NCBI GenBank assembly: GCA_044892525.1
Contig: CM097886.1
Span: 100,192,001 to 100,256,000, forward strand
Source: Schmidtea polychroa
Lineage: Eukaryota
DNA: 64,000 nucleotides
Direction: 5' to 3'
Numbering within the stretch: position 1 is the first letter of the stretch; each line of letters starts with the position of its first letter. This document shows positions 26,353-38,323 of this stretch, one piece after another. The notes under the pieces are model-generated. The model was given only the letters and a program-made list of their open reading frames with translations. It made no database searches and had not been told where the DNA came from. A program made the translations under genes and the position numbers.

Positions 26353-28726
26353 CAGTGGTGTCCAACCGAAATTGGTTACTGGGCCAAAATAAAAAATAAA
26401 AATATAATGTGGGCCGCACGTATTTATTTATTATAAAAAATTTATACAAACTAAATTATGTTTTACATATACATACATATTACTTAATGTGAAACTTGTT
26501 TTTCAATTTTTTCAGATAATTTTTTTATGTCCACAGGTATTTTCAAAGTTGCACATCGTAATTGGTTTTTTTAAATTTTCATCAGTTAATCTATTACGAC
26601 TTTTACATTTAACAATCTTTAATTTTGAAAAAAAAGATTCGCAAAGATACGTGGTCCCCATTGCAGCTGTAACGCTTATCGCTAGTTTTCTTAGATTAGG
26701 AAATTTATCATTGCATATGTATTTTTTATAAAACATATATTTTAATTCAGAAGATGACTGGAGATCTATTAACTCCATTTGCAAATTTGTTGGAGCTGAT
26801 TCCACAACAATGTCAAATGGACATAGGAAAATATTAAATATATTCTCATATTTCTTTAAATATGAAAATCTCTTCTGAAATTCTTCTAGTAAATTGGTAA
26901 TTTCTTGTGCATATTTAGAAAAATCTTTTTTGTCACAATTAAATATATGTAATAATGGAAAGTGGACAGAATTTTTTGATTTTAATTGACTTTCATAAAG
27001 TTTCAGTTTTGTTATGAATGCTTTTATATTTCCATAACAGTCTGTGATCAACTTGTTTTCACCTTGAAGCTGCCTATTCAGTTCGTTTAATTTCATAGTA
27101 ATATCTGTAAGGAAACATAAATCCAAAAGCCACTGCTCATCATATAATTCAGGAACATTTTGGTCATTCATAAAAATTCCAATCTCTTCTCTCAAATTCC
27201 AAAATCTTTCTAAACATTTCCCACGACTTAACCAGCGAATTTTCGCATAAAAAGCAAATCACTACTCAGATTCTAGTTCTTGAAGGTAATCTTGAAACTG
27301 ACGATGTTTCAAGGATTTATTTTTTATTGCGTTAACTGTTTTAATAACGACTGACATCACATGGTCCATATCAAATACTTGCGCACATAAATTCTCAAGG
27401 TGTAAAAAACAGTGACAAATAAAAAGGTCCGGAGATAATGAAGCTTTTTCTATGGCATTTCTATAATCAAGAATTAATTTTACGGCTCCAATATTTTTAC
27501 CGATCTTTGAGGCTGCACCATCTGTGGTGATTCCAATTAGGTTTGCTAAATTCAGACCATGATCATGTGTGCATTTTACGACAGCTTCTTGTATATTTTT
27601 CCGGTAGTTGTGCCTTTCAAACTCATAACATCCAGAAGTTCTTCAGTTACACTCATTTCACTATTAACACCTCGAATAAAAATAGCAAGTTGTGCAGTGT
27701 CTTTAATATCTGTTGTCTCATCCAAAGCCAGTGAGAAATAAACAAACTCTTTAGAAACCATGTCCAGCGTAGAACAAATATCAGTTGAAATGTTATCAAT
27801 TCTTCGTGATACAGTTTGATGTGATAGACTAATTTGACCAAAAATCTTAACTTTTTCTGGAATAATTTCTTCAACTGCAGCAATAAGGCATTCTTTGATG
27901 TATTGACCATCTGAAAAATAATGTGTGATATTCGCATGCTGGCATTAACGATGGCATTAGATTGAATTGTTTGTTTATGAAATATATTTCGTTCTGCATT
28001 CAGATTTGCTTTAAGTGTATCTAATTTCACTTTTCGTTGGTCTTTAGTATATTTTTTATAATCATCATGTTTTTGTTCAAAATGTCGTCTCAAATTATAT
28101 GATTTTAATATTGAGGTAGATTGACGACAAATTAAACATATAGCGTTTTCTTTCACCTGCGTGTAAAAATATAAATTTTCCCATTCAATTTGAAATTGTC
28201 TGTTTTCATCTTCAAATTTTCTTTTTTTATTCTTATCAGACATAATGGATAGAAAGTCCTTAATAAAAGACTAAGATTAAAATAAATTAAAAATGAAATT
28301 AAAAATAATTTACTCAATGATATTTGATTCCGTTTTGATATATACACAATATTTCACATAATATTTTTAATAAATACCAAATATTTTTAAGCTAGCACAA
28401 GAGTTCGATAATTATAAATAAAATAATAATGATTTTTTAATAAATTTTTTACTTGTAATCATAGCAACCATTTTATGCACGATAGTCATAGTCACCATGC
28501 ATAAAATGGTTGCTATGACTATCATGCATAAAATTTTTACACAAGTTGTAACCGTCTTTTGTGTTAAAACTAAAAAAAAATCTTAAAAGTAACCGTTTTT
28601 TTGTATAAAAAATAAAACAATACACATTAAAAAAATTTTTGAACGCACATGTGATATTTTACTACAATAAAAATTTATATTTGATATTTCATTACAATAA
28701 ATATTTATACATATTGGACATAGCTG
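26353..28726 (-). mobile_element. hAT element copy 2, inverted near-identical copy of 21804-24228; transposase pseudogene at 26512-28243
   Basis: The ORF fragments are essentially identical to copy 1, with the same frameshifts and only a few substitutions. About 50 bp of 5' subterminal sequence is missing. Confidence 0.92.
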
Positions 28727-29188
28727 ACCTAGATATTACCCTCTTAAAGTTTTATATCCGACGAGTAAGTCAGGCAGAAATGCTGCTTCTCGTGGTTGGG
28801 TTGTGCAGTTGAGTTTATTAATTTAATAAATAAAATCCAAATAACCTTATGGTTAAGAATTTTATTGAATTTTGCAAACAAGCTTATATAGCTTTTAGTG
28901 TTTCTGATTTTTTTTGTCGAAGCAGAAATGCTTGATCAAAAATTGACTGATTTCTTCCAAAAAATATTTTCCTTAAATACGAAATTTCTCGGTAACAGCT
29001 GCCCTAAATTCTCCAGATTATTTCTTCTTATTTGGTTTAAAATCACCACAGCTGTTGCTTCTTGATCTCTCAAATAATTTTGCTGATTGCTAATAATCGA
29101 TATTGATTTTAGCAGAAAATTTATTTTTTGAATTTTTCTAAAAACTTAATCTTATTTATATAAAATTATATTCTATTATACCTAATTT

Positions 29189-32100
29189 CACACCCGCATT
29201 ATCCCATAGGCACAATAGGCACAGTGCCTAGGGCCTACGAACTGTAAATTGCCTACGAAAATGTATACATATTATTATGTACGAAAAATTGATATAATAA
29301 ATATTCAACTAGTTTATCATTTATTTGTGCAATTATCATTTCCTTCACTGATTTTTTATTCCCATACATTCGTGAAAATAATAAAAACTCGTCAACAAAT
29401 GCATCTTCAACATCTGAAGAATATATTTGCACTAACTGGTTTGCTTTCGAAACTTTTTCATTATTTGTTAAACTTCTGTCCACCAAAAAATTAAACCTTT
29501 CATATAACATTTGATATGCTCCAAGTCGCTTACGCATTTCAATTATAAGTCTATCTACTATTATATAAAAAGATTCTATACGAAATTTGTCACTTGCACT
29601 TAGCCTCAAGCTAGGATCTGTGTTGTCTAAAACTTCATCAAAAAATCTATTTCGTGTTCGTTTACGTTTAAGCTTTTTTGCTATGGTTTCAAATTTATCA
29701 AACTCTAAACGAATATCATGAAAATAAGCTATGAGAGTATCAAATAATTTTACAATAGTGCATAATTCTATGCCAGTCTCCTGCAGAGCTTTATTGACAA
29801 TATTAATATTTTGTCATAAATCATTCCAAATGACACATATCAATGCTGTTTCAAAATTGTTCAGCTTTTTTATTAAAGATTTCGCTTCCTGCACAGCCGC
29901 AGCAGGTTGACGTTCGCTTTCAGTTATTTCAAAATATGCTTGTTGAATTTCTGAATAATTCATAAATAGAGCCTTAGTAGCATCATGTCGAATAGACCAT
30001 CTGGTTTCTGATAAATATTTAACAACACAAGTGTTTTCTTTCATATTGTCTTTAAATTTGGACCATCTTTGTGGTGAAGCACAAAAAAAAGTGTATATTG
30101 CTTGTAAAATTCCAAAAAACTTTACTGCTTCCAAGCAACACTCCACAGCAGTTGAACCTACCAAATTGAGACTATGAGCAGCACATGGAACCCATTCAGC
30201 CAGACTATTTATTTCTCTAAATCTAGCTTGTACACCTGCATATTTGCCGCTCATATTACTGGCGTTATCATATGATTGGGACCTGCAATTTTCAATACTT
30301 ATATTATAATGTTCCAAAGTATGTCGTATAATGTCGAATAAATATTTTCCATCGTGTTGTTCAATTGCAATAAATTTTAAAAGTTGTTCAACCACATTTT
30401 CACATTTAAGTACATACCAAATGATCACGGTAAGCTGGTCCATATGACTAATATCAGGAGTTGAATCAATGCTGATTCCATAATATTTTGCTTCTTTTAT
30501 TTCAGATATTATCTGCGTTGTAACTTTAGATCCTAGTATACCAATAAATTCTTCACATATAGCATTAGATAAAAAGGAAACATTTCCTCTTCCAGCATTT
30601 GCATGTCTTCGAATATGTTCTTTTAAAAAAGGATCAAATTCGGCTATAAGATCGATACAACCAAGATAATTTCCATTATTAGAACAATTATGAATTTCAT
30701 TATCGCCACGAAATGGCAAACCTCGTTCAGAAAGAAATTTTATTACGGCAACTATTCTCTTTAAAACATCAATCCAGTAATTACACAATTTTTCTTTCTC
30801 TTTCTGTAGCTCTACATCAATTCTACTGTTCTTCTGTAATTGAAACATAGATGACACTGCGTCAAGGTGATCTTTTGATTTTTCATGTGATGTAAACCTG
30901 GATATTGCATTTTTCCAATCATCAAATCCATTTATAAGTTGGTTGAGGATTACGTTCACTCTAGGGAAAAGCTTGCAGATATAACAATGTACTGTTCCAG
31001 TTGATGGAGAATATATAAGCCAGTCTCTTTCGATTGCTTTCCCATTTGTTAATTGCCTCATAAAATACTCTTTACGTGGACATCTGATTTTGTCTCCATA
31101 TTTTCTACCCTTCAAGAGAAAATTGAATTCTATATTTTGTGAAGGTTTATTTTCAGAAAAATAATTTATGAGATCTGGAGTAATAACCCAATTAGCTGGA
31201 TCAGTATTATATTTTAAGTTTAAATTAACTTTTGATATTTCATTAGATATTTCTATTATTTTATCCTCTGATGATATAAATATTTCGGCAGAAGTTCGGT
31301 CTTCTTCTACCTCTAACTCACTTGTATATGTATCTTGTTTATTAGTATCTTCCGTACCAGATGATAATTGTTCTGAAGTGTTATTTTGATTTTGGTCTTC
31401 TGGACCAATAAATTCGGTTACATTTGTAGAGCAGCTTTCATTATTTCCTCTTGTTTCTGTTATATATTTGAGTAGTGAACCTTTCATTTTTTTCAATGCT
31501 TCTTCTTTGACTATTTTCTTTTTACGCTTTTCGGAGCCCGATTCATGTTTTCTCTTATATCCGTCAGACATTTTACTTTCTTACTTTCTTATTTTTAATT
31601 TACTTTCTTTTAATAAGTAATTAATATTTATAGTTTTACAGCAATATTTTTTGTTATAACTAGATAACTCTAACAAAGTAGAAACACAATAAAAATTTCT
31701 TAATCTTTTCCTAAAATTACTTGTAAAAAAATCAGTTGCTATGGTTGCACAGCTATAATCACAGAAAATTTAATTTCATTTGTATACATATGTCAGAAAA
31801 TGAATTTTCTTTGCAATTGAAAATAAAACAGCCAATCATATCAAGCAGGTTTAAAATTTTTGTTTTCAAATGCATGGAATTTAAACTTAGAAACAAAAGA
31901 CTTAAAGTATAATAATTGGTACTCATCATCGTCATACATATACGAAATAAGCATTTCTTCATGTATTTCGATCGAGGTAGAAAAACGTTATAAGGCGAAA
32001 TAAAGGCACCAATATAATATTCACAAAATAACATTCATAAAATAAACCAATATGGAATGAAACTAAACTTTGTTATTTAAATAAAGTGTTGTTAAACAAA

Positions 32101-32223
32101 AACACTTTGGAATTAAATTAACGCATTTTAAAAATAAACCACAGCTGGATATTGGCAAAAAACTATTCGATAGGGTTAAAGGTAAAAGTGCCTAGGGCCT
32201 ACGAAGAGGTTAATTCAGGCATG
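29189..32223 (-). mobile_element. hAT element of the ZMYM1-like (TTF zinc finger/DUF4371) group
   Basis: Perfect 8-bp TSD CCTAATTT at 29181-29188 and 32224-32231. Degenerate TIRs; GTGCCTAGGGCCTACGAA occurs near both ends. Confidence 0.88.
29253..31571 (-). pseudogene. ZMYM1-like hAT transposase: 585-aa ORF, then stop/frameshift; C-terminal dimerisation region apparently missing
   Basis: WLIYSPSTGTVHCYICKLF, LPFRGDNE, GNYLGCIDLIAEFDPFL, SIDSTPDISH, QSYDNASNMSG, CAAHSLNL, TRWS. Confidence 0.88.
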
Positions 32224-32380
32224 CCTAATTTTACTAATTATAAATTACTAATTATAAATTACTAATTATATATATATATACTAATTGTATATATTTATTT
32301 ATTTATAAATTACTGTAATAAGTATTTATCTAAATATTGTAAATTTAATATGCTATTTTTATTTATGATTTATTTTTAGT

Positions 32381-32516
32381 NNNNNNNNNNNNNNNNNNNN
32401 NNNNNNNNNNNNNNNNNNNNNNNNNNNNNNNNNNNNNNNNNNNNNNNNNNNNNNNNNNNNNNNNNNNNNNNNNNNNNNNNNNNNNNNNNNNNNNNNNNNN
32501 NNNNNNNNNNNNNNNN
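32381..32516. other. Assembly gap (N run)
   Basis: Run of N. Confidence 1.
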
Positions 32517-33059
32517 TAATCTGCACGAGTCAAACCCCAACAATATGTTAACAATATTGTTGGGCTAAAACGTGGAGTTTCGAAAACTGGAGCGAATAGA
32601 AAAGTAATCCTTGAAAAATAAACGAAATAAAATATAAATATAAAGTACCATCAAATTCGCGCTAATAAAGCAAAAAGGAACAATAAAATATCAATAAGAG
32701 AATAAGAATAAGTAAAACAAACTAAATAAAACCCAATAAACCCCTTGAGATTTAGAAATAAAGCGATTTAGGACCCAGCAGATGAAATAGAATAAAATAA
32801 GTAAAAAAGTGACAACAAATAAACGAGAAATTTAAGAAATAAATAAAAATAAAACTATCTTTAAGTCTAATTAAAACAAAAAATTATATTACAATAAAGT
32901 AGCAATAAATCCACAGGAAAAATAGGAGGAAAATAATAAAAATAAGAAAATAAATAAAATAATAATAAGAAATAAGTTAAGTCATTAAAATCTAATACAT
33001 TATAATAAAAAACATAAAAATAATAATAAATAGTAAAAATACAAACAAGTCGTGTCCTA

Positions 33060-33084
33060 ATTGGACGAAAAATAGTATATAAGG
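33060..33084 (+). promoter_or_regulatory. Candidate LTR promoter: reverse CCAAT box + TATA box (copy at 59697-59721)
   Basis: ATTGG-N11-TATATAAGG, with the same motif and spacing in the relic LTR at 13309-13333 (minus strand). Confidence 0.6.
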
Positions 33085-35501
33085 AACGGAAAATATCTGT
33101 AGAGTACCACTTTTAAAAAATATTCTACAGGTAAACTTTGGTTCGTTATATACTACCACTTTTAAAAAATATTCTACAGACTTGACAGATTTCGGAACCT
33201 TTAATTAGCCTACAGCGAACTAGTTCAGAGATTTCCAAACCAAACCGAGGAAGGAATATATAGAGGCCAAACTACAAATCCATTCGGGAAAAATTTTAAA
33301 TTCAACCGATTTAACTTCAGTTTTCGAAACTCAAGGTATGCCTCGACAGTTGTTTTATTTATGGTTATTAGTTAATTTCGTTAATTATCGTTAATTTCGT
33401 TAATTAAATATAATAAATCAATTTCATATAATAAATTTATTTAAATGAAAAGTTGCCTTTCTTCATGGTACCGGCGACTGTACCATCTGAGAACTCCCAG
33501 TATGATGTGGACGAGTTGGAATTGCACTGCAGTAGAGGACACCACCGTGGAAAGGTTGGTATGCATAAGAAATCACGAACATGCTGAAAAGAGAATGTGA
33601 TATTTGTAGAGAGTGATATTGTCATATTAGATATCCATCAAGGAGACGAGGAGGTTTCGGTTATGTAGGAGGAGCAACATCATACTCGGAGATCCAAATG
33701 ATATGGTCGCCGGGTAAATTTTATTTATGCATTTTCTATCATTCAGTTTGATTATTGTATTGTTGATTTGATTGCATGGAAACGAGTTGATTGGTCCCTC
33801 ATGACGGTGCAAGGAGGCGGCAGCAATGAATGCCTTCTTGGGTGTGTCGTGAGGGGTGAAGAAACTCAGTAGGTGGAACATCCAGTTAATAAATGACAGT
33901 TCCTTCATCAAGCGCGATCGTCTATAGAGCGTATCATCGGTTCATTGAGTTAAATCGAGATTTCCAGTAGTTGTAGAAATGATTTGAATTCCGAATGCAG
34001 ACAGTTCAGAGCGAGATAGGCAGTGACGTTCATTCAGATTCGGTAGTAATCCGCATAGCTAGGAGAAAAATTCCTTTTCGTGATATTCAGCCGGTCGATC
34101 GACGTAGTTAGGAAAGAGCAGTGTTGACCATGGATTGCAAGTAAATCCAACGATTTTTCGGTGACGCACTGCGTTTGCAAGGTTCTGTCTAATTGATGCC
34201 GTCATGACGTTAGCGGTTACATCCATTGTCGATGTACTCTTACGATTTAATTGTCGTCCGTGAGTCGCCAATGCCGGTGATAAAAAATCTCTCGCTGACA
34301 GGGAAGTAAACATCTTGCAGGGAAATTATCAAAATTCTTACTTCGAGCTCGCAGACAGTAGTTGCCAACGATAACGAAATCAGTTGATTTACATTAGCCA
34401 GCGTAGAGTTAGTCGACAGGAGATATCTGATAATGTCCTGGAGAAGGAGATAACATGTTAGTTTTTCTGGGAAAATGTCAAATGAATAAGCTGATAGTCA
34501 TTGATCTGAATTAATATCGTAAAAGGAAATTAGATGATAATGTTGAGCTTACCCAAGAATCTACGAAGTTGTCGCCCACTCAGATTGATTAATCTGATTT
34601 TCCGATTTACCTACGGCTGCTTATTTGAGGAATCGATTACGCAACCACTATTATTCCGACTTGAGCATGCACATACACACGCACCACAGTCAAGTCTACA
34701 TAGGGCAGTGTAAAAGTAAATCCACAATTTTTGGTGATGTAATAGCGGCACGATAATATGACTTTTCTAGAACAGCGAGATAATAGGGTGAAGTAAAGGA
34801 ATGGATTTCCCTTACACAACTCGATATATAATAATTTCTCATAACAACCTAAACCATCATTCGCGGCGATAGCCAACATACAGTTATAGATGCCACCAGG
34901 AGTAATGACACACTTACACATTCAGTCATAATGCACACTCACAAGTAAACGTTTTCCATGACGACGATTTCGACGCGTTATTTGAATTAATTAGATGTCG
35001 ATTTAGAGCAGAATTTTCAACTGATTACGTGATCAATTCCATAATTTTGAACGAGATAAAAACATAAATAATCTATTCCGTCGCCGTGAATTATTTCTCT
35101 GTAATTTTAGGTACGCCTACATCGACGGATTGCCATAATGATATCGGCAAATTTTTAAATAAATTATCCTAAGGGGAACACGGTTGAAGGGGATAAAGTA
35201 AAAGACGAGTTTTACCTGGGGATGGCCCCATCCGAAAGTAAACCCAAAGGGCGAGGTTTGTGTAGAAAGAATTTTTGGTGTACGAATCCCCGTTTCCTTT
35301 TCTTAAATTACACGAATCAGGTGAAGAGATTTGAATGTTTGCGACTGAATGACTGCGAATAGAGATGGATGAGGAAGTGTGTGGGTCATCGTTGGGTGGT
35401 ATGCTTGATAAACTCCAAAGCCACGCTCAAAAATTTGATTATTCTTTTTCTCACTGATAGAGGTTTTTCCGAGTAAATATAAACAATGATTGATTTTCTA
35501 G

Positions 35502-36263
35502 ATGGCTACATCGTCCAACAACGCCAACGAACTTCGCCCGTGTTTTTCTTGTGCGGACAAGAACGCGGATATCGCCCAACTGCATCTATATATCGGGGCT
35601 CTCAAAAAGAGAATTGATCTCTATGAAGGAACGTGGTTCTCCCCGCCACAAATGAAAGAGGAACGCAAGAAAATTCTCCGATTAGAGCATTGCAGGGACA
35701 GCCTGCTAGAGGAAAGCCGTTGCCAGCGGCTCACCATCAAAGCGCAATCAGAAGCCCTCCATAAGGTGTATACGGAGGCAGAATTGGCTAAGCGGGTGCG
35801 AGAATTTCCCGTTCTGGATGGGACGAATGTTTTTCCCCTTCACCACCAGTCTCCTACATCTTCCAGCTCGCACTGCCAGGGGCACGGCTCACAACTGCCG
35901 CCCATTCCAGCCCCAGTGTTGTCAAGTCACCAGCCAAAGACAGGTGGACCTACCGATCCCATCGTAGCTCAAATCTTGGTAGCACCAATCGGTACCACGA
36001 ACACCGAAAAACCCCCGACTAACCGCAAACGGAAACGGCCAACTCGAGCCGAGAAGAACCAAAAACGCCGAGATGCGATGACAGCACTCGAGACGTCCTT
36101 ATCGGCGGCGAAATCAAAAATCCAAGAGATAACGTCCTCCCATTCAATCCCCTCAAAGGAAGTCTTCCGCATTGTTCCAGCGGAGGGCATCAAGTACATT
36201 GTAGATAGCCGATTACCGGTCGACATAGATGAGATACTGGCCGATGGAGATAACTTTGTTTAA
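35502..36263 (+). CDS. LTR-encoded 253-aa protein: CxxC + coiled coil, Pro/Ser-rich linker, basic NLS-like patch
   Basis: Intact ORF with identical translation in both LTRs. Preceded by TTTTCTAG and followed by AATAAA. Confidence 0.7.
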   Translation: MATSSNNANELRPCFSCADKNADIAQLHLYIGALKKRIDLYEGTWFSPPQMKEERKKILRLEHCRDSLLEESRCQRLTIKAQSEALHKVYTEAELAKRVREFPVLDGTNVFPLHHQSPTSSSSHCQGHGSQLPPIPAPVLSSHQPKTGGPTDPIVAQILVAPIGTTNTEKPPTNRKRKRPTRAEKNQKRRDAMTALETSLSAAKSKIQEITSSHSIPSKEVFRIVPAEGIKYIVDSRLPVDIDEILADGDNFV

Positions 36264-36393
36264 TGTGATGTACAATTGAGCTTGATTTCCTCTTCATTGA
36301 GTTGTAAATTATCTTGTGAATGTTGCTAATGTTATATCTTTTTGACTGCTGTTGATCTGTTAGTGGTAATGATATTTTTATCGTTTCAGTGTC

Positions 36394-36399
36394 AATAAA
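36394..36399 (+). terminator. Candidate polyadenylation signal AATAAA in the LTR
   Basis: AATAAA followed by a T/G-rich tract, about 400 bp before the LTR end. Confidence 0.5.
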
Positions 36400-36809
36400 A
36401 TTTTCTGTTTGATTTCAGTTTTGTCGAGTTTTCATATATTTGTTTGTGCAATTTGAGTAGATGAGATAATGCTGCGGAATGAAGCTAATTAAAGTTGAAA
36501 GTCGTTCCTTTGGACCAGGAGCAGACCAAGTGACACGCATGTATGTGGGTAAGTCCTTCTAGGGCACCGTAGGACCCGAACCGAGAAAGGGTTAGGAGTA
36601 GTCCTAAGGCAGGGGCTCACCTGCTAACCTTTTCCGACCCGTGTGAGCAGCACCAACATGGAACATCACCATGGGCTCATATGTGGGAATATGCAATCAA
36701 TCATTTGGAGTATGTGTAGAAAATGTATAGCGGAGCCATGATGCTTGATAGGTGTGATGGAAAGGCATGTATAATTTTCTTTCTTCTCCACATACGCCAA
36801 CATGATTTT

Positions 36810-36827
36810 TGGGGGCTCAGCCGGGAT
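36810..36827 (+). other. Primer-binding site, tRNA-Pro type
   Basis: TGGGGGCTCAGCCGGGAT matches the canonical tRNA-Pro PBS TGGGGGCTCGTCCGGGAT at 16/18, 7 nt downstream of the 5' LTR. Confidence 0.85.
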
Positions 36828-37262
36828 GTATATTGATTTGTTTGATTGTCTAATTTTGTGTTATGATGTGTTAGATTAACAATTTAATTAATTATGATAA
36901 AAACGGAATCGGGGCTGAAACGAATTATAGTGCAATAAAATGATACGAACTGTCTGAGTTTGAAATAGAGCATGTGGTGAATGAAACGAACCTAAATGAG
37001 TTGGAATGAATGTGATGAAGTATGATGAGAAAAGAAAACGGGAATTGGTTATTGTGGTTAATTTTAACTGGTTAAAATAAGAAGGGGGACGAAAGAAAGT
37101 AAGTGATTAAAGCAAAAAGATGAAAGGGGAATTTCAAAGATCGAATAAAATACAAAAGTTAAAACACTAAAGCATAAAAGTCAACGAATATTAAATACAA
37201 ACATAATAATATTAATTTTAATACCAGCAGGAACAAAATAATAACAACCCATTCATTTAGAT

Positions 37263-37742
37263 ATGTCAGAAGCTAGACAACATCTACAACAGCTAAGCCG
37301 GTTCGTCGAAATAGAAAATGATTCAATAAAAACATTAAGGGAAAAACTGAAACAAATAGAACTGCTAGAACGACAAAGCCACAACGCACCGCTGATATCC
37401 AAACAAAACTTTCTAACCGACAGATTAGGATCAACAAATACCGATACCGACTTGTCTATTCATTACCAATGGTTTCAGCAACGTCTCGACGACCCCGCTC
37501 TGAACATCGAATATGTGAGGATACGCGAACAAGTCAAAACTTTGTCTCAGCGGATACGAACATCAATAGTAGAGAAAGCAGCGGCCTTGAGAACTTGTAA
37601 CATTTGCAAGATGCGACCTGTCAAAATTCTGATTCTACCTTGTGGGCACCTTAGCCATTGTGACGAATGCGCCGCCAGTTTAATCCGTTGTTCTATGTGC
37701 ACATGTGTAATAAAAGAGAAGCACACAATCTACTTCAGTTAG
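37263..37742 (+). CDS. 159-aa coiled-coil protein with C-terminal IAP/MDM2-type C3HC4 RING (putative E3 ligase)
   Basis: CNICKMRPVKILILPCGHLSHCDECAASLIRCSMC...IYFS-stop. No BIR domain seen. Confidence 0.85.
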   Translation: MSEARQHLQQLSRFVEIENDSIKTLREKLKQIELLERQSHNAPLISKQNFLTDRLGSTNTDTDLSIHYQWFQQRLDDPALNIEYVRIREQVKTLSQRIRTSIVEKAAALRTCNICKMRPVKILILPCGHLSHCDECAASLIRCSMCTCVIKEKHTIYFS

Positions 37743-38323
37743 GTACGCGATCGTCGCTCGGTGAAGGAAATTGGATGATTGACAATTAGATTAAACATTT
37801 TGATATTTTTGTTCTGATTTAATTCGGTAATGTTTTATAATGATAGCATATATTATCTGTAATGTGGAGTAAATAACTAATAAATCCTTTTTGTGTATTC
37901 ATTTCATTATACGAAGTTATAAATTGATTTGTGTTGTTATAATTTTCACCATGAAGAAAGGGCATTTTAAAAATTTAAATTGATTATTTAAAGTGGAACT
38001 AGTCCCATCATAGTGTTAAAGGGGGAATAAACCGAGCCACCTTCGGGAGGTACGATATTGGAACCATTTGGGAAGGGACAACCGATCACCCCGAGTAAGA
38101 GATGTAAGGCGAGGTACCATCGCGAATATTGAAAAGTTTCTGCGGTATGGCTGATCACCATACCAATGTAGAAATGGATCAATGCGATCGTTTTGCGTTT
38201 TGAGCAAGGGGGGAAAGGGGAAACCTGCCAAAGCGGTACAGATTAAGTCGACAAATAAAAGTAAAAATAGGAAGACGACAGTATAGAATAAAGACAGAGA
38301 AGGAACGGAAGCATGCAGAGTTT

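Larger units (their letters stand above)
32558..36802 (+). repeat. 5' LTR (4245 bp)
   Basis: Near-identical to 59195-63403. By eye it differs by a 22-bp indel, a net 14-bp indel and a few substitutions. Confidence 0.97.

Noticed and set aside
33437-34921. Minus-strand LTR ORFs (62, 94, 84, 94 aa) as stand-alone genes
   Set aside because: No recognisable domains, and one loses its start through the 22-bp indel in the 3' LTR.
37263-37742. Calling this ORF an IAP gene
   Set aside because: It has an IAP-type RING but no BIR motif; MDM2/MGRN-type RINGs are similar, so no symbol was assigned.
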